A stretch of DNA of 64,000 nucleotides from an uncultured Planctomycetales bacterium. GTDB lineage: Bacteria; Omnitrophota; Gorgyraeia; Zapsychrales; JAHFFX01. The notes beneath the pieces are model-generated. The model saw only the letters and a program-made list of their open reading frames with translations, had not been told where the DNA came from and did not search any database. Within the stretch, counting starts at the first letter, position 1, and every line of letters starts with the position of its first letter. Below, one piece after another: positions 56,395 to 64,000 of the stretch. The stretch lies in NCBI GenBank assembly GCA_964612665.1, contig CAZTCI010000004.1, positions 142,376 through 206,375 on the forward strand. The letters are read 5' to 3'. The translations under genes and the position numbers were made by a program.

Positions 56395-57037
56395 TTTACT
56401 GCAGAATTATCCAAGGACAAAAAGAAATTTAGAAGAAAGGGCTCAGCTTAAAAGTGAAGAAGACCGCGCGATTGCCCGGCGTTTTGGCAAAGAATTCTTC
56501 GACGGAGACAGGCGTTTCGGCTACGGCGGATTTACCTATCAAAGCCGGTTTTGGCAGCCGGTTGTGCCCGATTTTCAAAAGCATTATGGATTAACAAACA
56601 AGAGCTCAGTTTTGGATGTAGGATGTGCCAAGGGTTTTATGCTGCACGATTTTATGACGCTTATTCCAGGAATAAAAGTGGTTGGCGTTGATGTTTCGCC
56701 ATACGCGATTGCAAATGCGATGGATGATGTCAAACCTTTTGTGCAGATTGCCGACGCCAAGCAGTTGCCCTTTCCGGACAAATCTTTTGATTTAGTAATT
56801 TCAATCAACACAATCCATAATCTTCCCTTGGAAGAATGCAAACAAGCGCTGCGTGAAATCACCCGCGTTTCGCGGAAACATGCCTTTATCACCGTCGATG
56901 CGTACCGCACGCCGGAAGAAAAGCGGCGGATGGACATGTGGAACCTGACCGCGCTGACGTATATGCATGTTGATGAGTGGATATCTTTATTTAGGGAAGT
57001 GGGATATCACGGAGATTATTTTTGGTTCATTCCATAG
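56381..57037 (+). CDS. class I SAM-dependent methyltransferase
   Basis: VLDVGCAKGFMLHDF motif I and DLVISINTIHNL motif. Alternative start 56366. Confidence 0.65.
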   Translation: MPEIDLLQNYPRTKRNLEERAQLKSEEDRAIARRFGKEFFDGDRRFGYGGFTYQSRFWQPVVPDFQKHYGLTNKSSVLDVGCAKGFMLHDFMTLIPGIKVVGVDVSPYAIANAMDDVKPFVQIADAKQLPFPDKSFDLVISINTIHNLPLEECKQALREITRVSRKHAFITVDAYRTPEEKRRMDMWNLTALTYMHVDEWISLFREVGYHGDYFWFIP

Positions 57038-57038
57038 A

Positions 57039-57117
57039 GTTTGCCAGTTCTCCAGTTACCAGTTCTCCAGTTTTAATTTTCAAACTGGTTAACTGGCAAC
57101 TGGAAAACTCGAGAACT
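57039..57117. repeat. family F palindromic repeat, copy F2
   Basis: gtttgccagttctccagttaccagttctccagtt...aactggttaactggcaactggaaaactcgagaact. Confidence 0.7.
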
Positions 57118-57121
57118 GATT

Positions 57122-58156
57122 ATGAAAACAAAAGCCGCCATTTTATACGAATTAAATAAACCGCTGATTATCGACGAGGTTGAAATCCCACCGCTTAAAC
57201 GCGGGCAGGTATTGGTCAAGATTTTATTCAGTGGTATTTGCGGCGCGCAATATAACGAGATCATTGGATTGAAAGGGCCGGACCGCTTTCTGCCGCACTT
57301 GCTGGGTCATGAAGCTTCCGCGATCGTCGATAAAATTGGTCCTGGCGTGACAAAGGTTAAGAAAGGTGATTACATTGCCCTATCGTGGATTAAAGGCAAA
57401 GGGTTGGACGGTTTAAATACTCAGTATCAAAAAAACGGCCGCGTCATTAATGCTGGAGCGGTGACAACTTTTAGTGAATATTCGGTTGTTTCCGAAAACC
57501 GGGTGACTAAAATATCAAAACAGATGCCGCCGGATGTAGCTGCGATTATCGGCTGCGCGATTGTGACGGGATCAGGGATTGTTCATAACACTCTTCAGGT
57601 TAAACCTAAGACAAGTATTGCTATTTTTGGCGTTGGGGGAATTGGTTCGAGTGTGCTTTTGGCCGCGCGGAAAGCTGGCTGCCAGATCATTATTGCTGTC
57701 GATCTTTCTTCGACAAAACTTGAAGCAGCAAAAGAATTAGGTGCAACCCACACTATCTCAGCGGATGATCCAGAACTCGTTCAACGCATTAAAGAGATTC
57801 TTCCGTCGGGTGCAGATTATTCGGTTGATGCCTCTGGCGCCCGTAGAGCTATGGAAACGGCCTTTGAAATTTTAAACACCAAAGGCATCTGCGTTATTGC
57901 TGGGAATCTAAGTAAGGATGAAAAAATTTCCTTGCATCCTTTTGAATTGATCAAAGGCAAGCGTATCGTCGGGACTTGGGGCGGTGAAACCAATCCGGAT
58001 AAAGATATTCCGAAATATGTCAGGCAGTATCTGGACGGCGGACTGCCGATCAAGAAAATGATCACTCACCGCTTCAAGCTGGATCAAATCAACGCGGCCT
58101 TTGAAACGTTAAAGAAAAAAGAAGCCGGCCGTATTGTCCTGGATATGACGCCGTAA
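57122..58156 (+). CDS. zinc-dependent medium-chain alcohol dehydrogenase
   Basis: GICGAQYNEIIG...GHEASA zinc-binding region and GVGGIGSSVLLAA Rossmann motif. Confidence 0.8.
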   Translation: MKTKAAILYELNKPLIIDEVEIPPLKRGQVLVKILFSGICGAQYNEIIGLKGPDRFLPHLLGHEASAIVDKIGPGVTKVKKGDYIALSWIKGKGLDGLNTQYQKNGRVINAGAVTTFSEYSVVSENRVTKISKQMPPDVAAIIGCAIVTGSGIVHNTLQVKPKTSIAIFGVGGIGSSVLLAARKAGCQIIIAVDLSSTKLEAAKELGATHTISADDPELVQRIKEILPSGADYSVDASGARRAMETAFEILNTKGICVIAGNLSKDEKISLHPFELIKGKRIVGTWGGETNPDKDIPKYVRQYLDGGLPIKKMITHRFKLDQINAAFETLKKKEAGRIVLDMTP

Positions 58157-58163
58157 GGAGGCC

Positions 58164-59651
58164 ATGTTGGTTGAAAGTCTTTCAATTCTGATTCCGGCAT
58201 TTAACGAGCAGGACAATATTGAAAAGGCGATCGAAAGTGTGTTGTACGCCGTCCAAGGGTTGGTCAAAGATTTTGAAATCGTTGTTATTGACGACGGAAG
58301 TACCGATCAAACAAAAAAGCTTGTCATTGAGAAGGCCCAAAAAAATCCTGCCATTCGTTTGGTTTCTTATCCGCATAATCAAGGCTACGGCATTGCTTTC
58401 CGACGGGGAATGGAAGCCGCTACAAAAATGTGTTTGACGACATTTCCCGGCGACAATGATATGTCCAGGGAATCTCTGCGCGACATTATTAAAGCGGGAG
58501 GCCAGGCAGATTTGATTCTCTCTTATATGCTGGCCAACCAAAAGCGCAGTCTTTCTCGACGGATGATTTCAAAATCCTTTGTGCTGGTGTCGAACACCTT
58601 GTTTGGATTAAAACTCCGTTATTATAATGGCGCGTTTTTGTGTCGTACTGACCTTCTGCAAAGAATTCCTATCAAATCAACTGGAATGACACTGCACGCC
58701 GAGTGTATTGTTCGCTTGATCAAAGCAGGTTGCAGTTATAAGGAAATTGCTTTTGAGCACACCGGACGAATGGCGCATGCTTCTAAAGCGTTGAAGCTCA
58801 AACATTGCTGGTCGGTGGTTAGAGCGATGGGCGTGTTATTTAAAGATATTCATTGGCTTTCCAAAAGAGGAAATAATTCTGGAGCTGGAAATAAATCCAA
58901 TAAGCTGGATATCTCTGTCATTGTTCCTGCTTTTAATGAAGAAGGAAATATTAAGGATGCTATTAACAGCGTTCTTGGCGCGCTTGAGGGAATTACAGAG
59001 GATTATGAAATCATCGTAATTGACGACGGGAGCCGTGATCAAACCTTAAAGTTTGCTCAAGAATGCGCTGAATCAAATCAGCGTGTCCGCGTTTTTACCA
59101 ATGGAACAAACAAAGGCTACGGTATTGTTTTTCAGTGGGGTGTTGCCTTGGCCACCAAGACTTATTTTACCTTATTTCCCGGTGATAATGATCTAGCGGC
59201 TTCATCGCTGCATAATGCCATGAAACAAATCGGCCAGGCCGAGATTATTACCTCGTATCCCGTCGCTAATCACCGCCGGTCATTATTCCGAAAGACCGTT
59301 TCCAAAACGTATGTGCTTTTGATTAACGGACTATTCGGTCTTGATCTTCGCTACTATAACGGCCCGTTTGTGTATAAAACCTCGGTGCTGCGTAACATTC
59401 CGATCCGGTCGACCGGTCTCGGCGTTTTATCTGAATGTTTAATTAAACTTTTGAAAAAAGGCTATAGCTACAAAGCCATTCCTTTTGAACATGTAGGGCG
59501 CAAATCGGATAAATCCAAGGCGTTTAGTTTGAAAGGGATCGTTTCGGTCGTCCAAACACTGTGTATTCTAATCAAAGATCTTCGTGACCAGAAAATAAAC
59601 GGCAAGACTGTTTATGTGGATCGATCTTTTGATTCGTCGTCGATAAAATGA
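58164..59651 (+). CDS. tandem double GT2 (two Dpm1/GtrB-like modules fused)
   Basis: Two internal repeats, each with (L/V)IPAFNE...YEI(V/I)VIDDGS(T/R)DQT and the downstream (Y/N)NG(A/P)F... motif. Followed by a third YfhO-like gene. Confidence 0.7.
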   Translation: MLVESLSILIPAFNEQDNIEKAIESVLYAVQGLVKDFEIVVIDDGSTDQTKKLVIEKAQKNPAIRLVSYPHNQGYGIAFRRGMEAATKMCLTTFPGDNDMSRESLRDIIKAGGQADLILSYMLANQKRSLSRRMISKSFVLVSNTLFGLKLRYYNGAFLCRTDLLQRIPIKSTGMTLHAECIVRLIKAGCSYKEIAFEHTGRMAHASKALKLKHCWSVVRAMGVLFKDIHWLSKRGNNSGAGNKSNKLDISVIVPAFNEEGNIKDAINSVLGALEGITEDYEIIVIDDGSRDQTLKFAQECAESNQRVRVFTNGTNKGYGIVFQWGVALATKTYFTLFPGDNDLAASSLHNAMKQIGQAEIITSYPVANHRRSLFRKTVSKTYVLLINGLFGLDLRYYNGPFVYKTSVLRNIPIRSTGLGVLSECLIKLLKKGYSYKAIPFEHVGRKSDKSKAFSLKGIVSVVQTLCILIKDLRDQKINGKTVYVDRSFDSSSIK

Positions 59652-61885
59652 ATGTATTCTTCAATATAATCCGCCGTCCTTGGAAATTACTGTTCCCGGT
59701 TTTATTGTGGCTTGTTGTTTTTCTCGATTTTTTGACCGGTAAAAACGTTATTAATCTGGACACCGTTCTAAGTTACGGGGTCGCTAAGTTTTTTGTTAAT
59801 AATATTCTTAACGGTGTTTTTCCGCTATGGGATCCTTTTGTATATTTGGGTACACCTTTTTATAGCCTGGTTTTTTTGGGGCTTTTTAGTCCGCTTATTT
59901 ATGTCATGGCTTTTCTGGTTTTGCTCGGGGTCAATTATTATGAATCTTACCTGATCTATTTATTATTAAATTTTTTTATAGGCTGTTTAGGGTATTACTT
60001 TTTGGCGAAGGAAATCATCGACGATGAAGACTTGGCCTTTTTCGCTTATACGGCGCTATTGTTTTCCGGAATGAGTCACATTGTTTTTTCTCAATTAAAT
60101 ATGCTGTTATTGTTTGTGCCCAGCGGCTGGTTCTTTTATTTTCTTCTGCGTTTTGCCAAGCATTTTCGTCATGGCGATTTTTTGGGCCTGACATTCAGCG
60201 TCATGATGATTTGTAATCATTATCTGCCGTTTCATTTCATAACGTTATTTTTGGTTTTTGGAATTGTTTTTATCCTCTTGTATTTTGAAAATTTTTTGAG
60301 ATTTCTGAACAAGTTTATGCTTTTTTGCCGTGACAATACGGCCTTTGTTGTTCTTTGCATTTTAGGAATCACGGTGGCTTTAGGACCGGCGGCTCTGTAC
60401 AAACTTGCTAACCGTCCGGACCAAATAGTTACTCCCGCCCGTCAGTGTATTAATAAAACACCGGAGGAATGCTATGCTTCGACGATGTATAACCAATCTT
60501 TATTAAGCTATAAAGAAACATCTGGAACAGGATCGCTGGGGGAACGGACGGATTTTGGGGATTTGTTTTTCCATTTAGACAAGATTAGCTATAGCAACGA
60601 CAGTTTTTTTTATGTCTCGGTGTTTTGTTATCTGCTGATCATTATAGGAGCCATCGCCCGTTTTGACCGCAAAGTCCTTTTATTATTTTTAGTCGGCGCA
60701 GGGGTCTTTATCATTTCTCTGGGCCAATCCACGCCCGTACATCCATTTTTATGGGAACATGTTTTTTATTTTAAATCGTTCCGCAATTTCTTTTTCTTTA
60801 TGGGATTTCTAATGCCGCTCGTTATTTTATTTAGTTTTGCGCAATTTAAACTGCTTATGGATGAGCTTAAAACATTGACTGGCCCGAGGAGAAAAGTCAT
60901 TTTTGGTGGCATTGTCATCTTGCATATTCTTTTCCTGGCCTTTCTTTGGAGTCCTGACCAGAAGCTCAAAACGACTTTTTTAACGGTGTTAGGAAGCCTG
61001 CTGCTTTTTATCGGCTATTTTTATGAAATAAAAATATTAAAAACGGAATTAAATAAATTTCTATTGTTCGTTTTAATTGTCTTACAGCCGGTTGAGGTTT
61101 TTTATTTTTTTAATCAAAATGCCCGGCAATATTCCTGTGAACTTCCTCGTGAACATGTAAAACCGCAATTTTCTTTTAACCGCCCGGCTAATAATGTTGA
61201 TCTGCCCTGCTTTGCCAAACTTTTCAACCGATTTGTTAAAGATTTTTGGTATGACATGCTTTTAAGTGATTCTACCGGCGCCATTGATATGCCAGGACAA
61301 ATCACGCGCGGCGTTTTTCATCTGTCCATGTATTTACCTCATCCGAATTGGCAAGAATACGTGCGTTACAAATTTTTGGCTTATGACCGGGTCAAGCCTT
61401 TGGACAAAAGTCAGAAAGAATTGGCCGTTCTTCTCGATACGTTGAAAAATAAAGAAAACCTTATATTTATTGATCAGCCGGATACAAAAGTGCTAAACGC
61501 TTTTTCACCAGACCATTCGGTGATGGGAGCGCATTTCATAGCCGTTACCGAGCCCAATATGGGTTTTAATATTGAACATTATGATGCTAATTCTTTGAGA
61601 TTTAAAACCAATGTCACAAGCGATATTATGCTGGTTTATACGCAAAGTTTTCATACCGGCTGGAAACTTTGGATCAATGGAAAATCTAGCAGGCTTTATA
61701 AAATTGATTATGCCTTTCAAGGCTTTTGGCTGCCCGCCGGAATGAATACGGTTGATTTGAAATATGAACCGCTGGGCGGAAGCAAAGTATATGTTTTAAT
61801 AACGTTGTTTATTCAAGCTTTTTTTCTGGGCACAGTCATTCAACTTTATCGAGAAAAATTTAAATTAAACGCCATCGAAACATGA
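59648..61885 (+). CDS. YfhO-like GT-C membrane protein (745 aa)
   Basis: Polytopic N-domain. C-terminal QSFHTGWKLWINGKSSRLYKIDYAFQGFWLPAGMNTVDLKYEP resembles the YfhO C-terminal motif. Confidence 0.45.
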   Translation: MNVFFNIIRRPWKLLFPVLLWLVVFLDFLTGKNVINLDTVLSYGVAKFFVNNILNGVFPLWDPFVYLGTPFYSLVFLGLFSPLIYVMAFLVLLGVNYYESYLIYLLLNFFIGCLGYYFLAKEIIDDEDLAFFAYTALLFSGMSHIVFSQLNMLLLFVPSGWFFYFLLRFAKHFRHGDFLGLTFSVMMICNHYLPFHFITLFLVFGIVFILLYFENFLRFLNKFMLFCRDNTAFVVLCILGITVALGPAALYKLANRPDQIVTPARQCINKTPEECYASTMYNQSLLSYKETSGTGSLGERTDFGDLFFHLDKISYSNDSFFYVSVFCYLLIIIGAIARFDRKVLLLFLVGAGVFIISLGQSTPVHPFLWEHVFYFKSFRNFFFFMGFLMPLVILFSFAQFKLLMDELKTLTGPRRKVIFGGIVILHILFLAFLWSPDQKLKTTFLTVLGSLLLFIGYFYEIKILKTELNKFLLFVLIVLQPVEVFYFFNQNARQYSCELPREHVKPQFSFNRPANNVDLPCFAKLFNRFVKDFWYDMLLSDSTGAIDMPGQITRGVFHLSMYLPHPNWQEYVRYKFLAYDRVKPLDKSQKELAVLLDTLKNKENLIFIDQPDTKVLNAFSPDHSVMGAHFIAVTEPNMGFNIEHYDANSLRFKTNVTSDIMLVYTQSFHTGWKLWINGKSSRLYKIDYAFQGFWLPAGMNTVDLKYEPLGGSKVYVLITLFIQAFFLGTVIQLYREKFKLNAIET

Positions 61886-62265
61886 ACGGTAAATCCATTT
61901 TTAAAAAAGTGCAAAGCCTAGGGCAAAGAGGCATCTTGTTATATGTCATTCTTTTTATGACGGCTTCAAGGTTTAACTGGCCGTTGGCCGCCAAACATCG
62001 TCTGGGTTATTTATGGGGAATTTTTTTGCAGAGCGACATGGCGAACTGGAACGATGGATTTCTTTTTTTCGAGAAAAAGATTGCAAAGAATCCCGACGAA
62101 GCGAGCGCTTATGCCGGGTTGGGCGTATCTTGTCTTTACTTAGGAAGATATGATGAGGCCGAAACGCTTCTTAAAAAAGCTTTGGATATGTCTCCGCAAT
62201 TATATCCTTCCGTAAAAGAATTCTTAGCCGAGCTTAAACAAAAAAAACAAGGGTCTAATCAATGA
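61882..62265 (+). CDS. TPR-repeat protein with N-terminal membrane anchor
   Basis: TPR-like helices (AYAGLGVSCLYLGRYDEAETLLKKALDMSP). Confidence 0.45.
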   Translation: MNGKSIFKKVQSLGQRGILLYVILFMTASRFNWPLAAKHRLGYLWGIFLQSDMANWNDGFLFFEKKIAKNPDEASAYAGLGVSCLYLGRYDEAETLLKKALDMSPQLYPSVKEFLAELKQKKQGSNQ

Positions 62266-63935
62266 TGTCTTTGAATTTAAAAAAGTCTGGGTTCGCGGCC
62301 GCGGTTTTATTGGGCCTCATTGTGATCGGTTATGCCAACAGCCTGCATAATGCGTTTATGCTGGATGATTACATCATTCTTTTTGGCGAAAAAGGCGTAA
62401 GCAACAAGAATATCATTTCCTTGTTTGCGGCCCATCAAGGTAATTTCTACCGTCCCGTCGGGCATTTGTATATGATGCTTCTGTATGCTTTATTTGAAAA
62501 CAACGTTTTGCCTTATCATGTGGCTAATTTATTTTTGTTTTTTATCGTGGTCTTTTTATTTTACTATCTGATTGAAAAAATTTCCGGCCATCAAGACCTT
62601 GCCTTGCTAACCAGCGCTTTGTATGCGGTTCATCCTATTAATAGTATGCTGATCAATTATGTGACCGCGACTGTTATAACGACTTTTGTTCTCATGAATG
62701 AACTTTGCATTTTAAGTTTTTGGTTATTTTTAGAACGCCGACAAAAAATCTTTTATGTGGTGAGCGTGCTGTTTTTTATCCTGGCTTTGTTGTCGCACGA
62801 AATGAGTCTAGCGATGCCATTATACTTGGCGGGAATGCTTTATTTTTTAAAGAGAGCTCCTCTCAAACGGATTGTTTTTTTGATCTTACCGTTTTTCTTA
62901 TTGGCCGTCGTTTACGCTTGTTTGCGCATGAAATTCTTTAGTTTTAGCCGGGTGATTTTGGGAACCGATAAGGCGATCGAGGTTGGTGGGAGCTTTATTC
63001 CCTCGATTGCAACGCTGATCGCGTGGTATGTTACAAAATTGGTCTGGCCGTTTAAATTTCTTTTTCTCTGGACGGGGACGCTTGTTAAAACACAGCTTTT
63101 GTTAAAGACCTTCTTGTTTATCATCGCTGTGGGCGGGTTTTTATATGTTGTCTTGCTCCGATGGCGCGCGGGTCTGAAAGCTTTTTTGTTGTGGATCTTT
63201 GGCGCAGGATTTATTCCGGTTGCATTTTCCAGCTTTACTTATCTTCCTTTTCTTGGGCCGATCATCGAACCGCATTGGTTTTATTTTTCATCTATTGGAT
63301 TTTTTGCGCTGGCCGCGTACTTATTTTTATCCTGGAAGGAAAAATTAGGTTTGAGAATTTGGATGACTGTGATTGCCAGTTTAATTGTTCTTAATATTTT
63401 CTTGCTGCGGGAGAATAATAAACTTTGGAAAGATCAAAAAACCTATTGTGAGTATTGGCTTAAATTAAATCCCCGACGCAATCTAACGCCTTACTATGGT
63501 CTGGGCAAAGCTTATATGAATAAAAAAGACTACGCGAAGGCCGCTTATTATTTTCAAAAAGGGATTGATGAGGTCAACTACAGCAATATTTTTGTTTTGT
63601 CTGATTTAGGTTATTGTTATTTGGCCCTAGGGAATGAGACCAGCGCCCAAAAAATGCTTGAGGCGGCGTTAAATGAAGATATCAATTATTCGTATACCTA
63701 CCACTATATAGGATTGCTGGCGTTAGAAAAAAATAATCCCAGCGGTGTTGTTCAGGCTTTTTCAAAAGCTGTGCAACTCTATCCTAAACTATTTGGTTCT
63801 CTAGGAGAGTTGGCGCTCACTAACGAGGTACCGGGTATGACTGATCAAGTATGGGACCTTTATCGTCAGATAATCACACATGAAAAAAGTGAAGCGAAAC
63901 GTTTGATTTATGATCCCATTCAATCGAGACAATGA
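62262..63935 (+). CDS. TMTC-like GT-C membrane domain (DUF1736-like) fused to C-terminal TPR repeats
   Basis: NAFMLDDYIILF...GNFYRPVGHLYMMLLYALFENNVLPYHVANL is the N-terminal signature of bacterial TMTC/DUF1736 proteins. C-terminal TPR repeats. Confidence 0.5.
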   Translation: MMSLNLKKSGFAAAVLLGLIVIGYANSLHNAFMLDDYIILFGEKGVSNKNIISLFAAHQGNFYRPVGHLYMMLLYALFENNVLPYHVANLFLFFIVVFLFYYLIEKISGHQDLALLTSALYAVHPINSMLINYVTATVITTFVLMNELCILSFWLFLERRQKIFYVVSVLFFILALLSHEMSLAMPLYLAGMLYFLKRAPLKRIVFLILPFFLLAVVYACLRMKFFSFSRVILGTDKAIEVGGSFIPSIATLIAWYVTKLVWPFKFLFLWTGTLVKTQLLLKTFLFIIAVGGFLYVVLLRWRAGLKAFLLWIFGAGFIPVAFSSFTYLPFLGPIIEPHWFYFSSIGFFALAAYLFLSWKEKLGLRIWMTVIASLIVLNIFLLRENNKLWKDQKTYCEYWLKLNPRRNLTPYYGLGKAYMNKKDYAKAAYYFQKGIDEVNYSNIFVLSDLGYCYLALGNETSAQKMLEAALNEDINYSYTYHYIGLLALEKNNPSGVVQAFSKAVQLYPKLFGSLGELALTNEVPGMTDQVWDLYRQIITHEKSEAKRLIYDPIQSRQ

Positions 63936-63948
63936 AAGAGGCTACATT

Positions 63949-64000
63949 ATGGAAAAAGTTAGTATCGATGATTTTAAAAAGTTTGAACTGATTGTCGCCC
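63949..64000 (+). CDS. start of a tRNA-binding-domain protein (CsaA / MetRS C-terminal-like), truncated by the window end
   Basis: MEKVSIDDFKKFELIVA resembles the ISIDDFKKVDLRVA start of Trbp111-type tRNA-binding domains. Confidence 0.4.
   Translation, partial: MEKVSIDDFKKFELIVA

Overview
This is a ~64 kb window from a low-GC bacterium that I cannot assign to a taxon from the sequence alone. Coding is dense and lies mostly on the + strand.

The first ~27 kb carries housekeeping genes: the 3' end of purE, a photolyase, trmB, a D-Ala-D-Ala carboxypeptidase, a DsbA-like protein, rpmA, glmS, rsmI, mutM, a V-type H+-pyrophosphatase, and a scattered pyrimidine set. The pyrimidine set is pyrR-pyrB-pyrC behind a PyrR-type attenuator, plus pyrK-pyrD and pyrF.

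Accessory material is interleaved with these genes:
- three tRNAs (Arg-CCG, Val-TAC, Asp-GTC);
- a secreted protein with a phage tail-fibre intramolecular-chaperone C-terminus;
- two small GIY-YIG (YhbQ-like) nuclease genes, each beside a tRNA, one in a degenerate tandem duplication with a truncated tRNA copy;
- a Phd/PIN toxin-antitoxin pair directly after tRNA-Val;
- a HEPN/MNT pair.

From ~27.7 kb to the end the window is one large envelope-glycan locus with two parts:
- a minus-strand operon encoding a GT-C glycosyltransferase, a GNAT acetyltransferase, a secreted LmbE/PIG-L-family deacetylase and a large membrane protein;
- a ~31 kb plus-strand cluster.

The plus-strand cluster contains a radical SAM protein, a GT9 heptosyltransferase-like gene, several NAD-dependent epimerases and SDRs, and three different thiamine-diphosphate C-C bond-forming enzymes: a pyruvate-dehydrogenase E1 alpha/beta pair, an acetolactate-synthase-like enzyme and a split transketolase. 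Next to these sits a TylC3-type sugar C-methyltransferase. The cluster also has a Fe/2OG dioxygenase, an aldo/keto reductase, and two GT2 polyprenol-phosphate-sugar synthases. Each GT2 is followed by a ~900-aa YfhO-like GT-C membrane protein; a third YfhO-like protein and a TMTC-like GT-C/TPR protein close the cluster.

The locus looks like a pathway for an unusual C-branched sugar plus lipid-carrier-mediated periplasmic glycosylation, but this is inference from domain content.

At the nucleotide level the most striking property is an abundance of composite palindromic intergenic repeats. I could define at least six sequence families. One is a 95-bp MITE-like element with a 32-bp miniature derivative. 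Many repeats extend the called ORFs at gene 3' ends. No CRISPR array or rRNA gene was seen.
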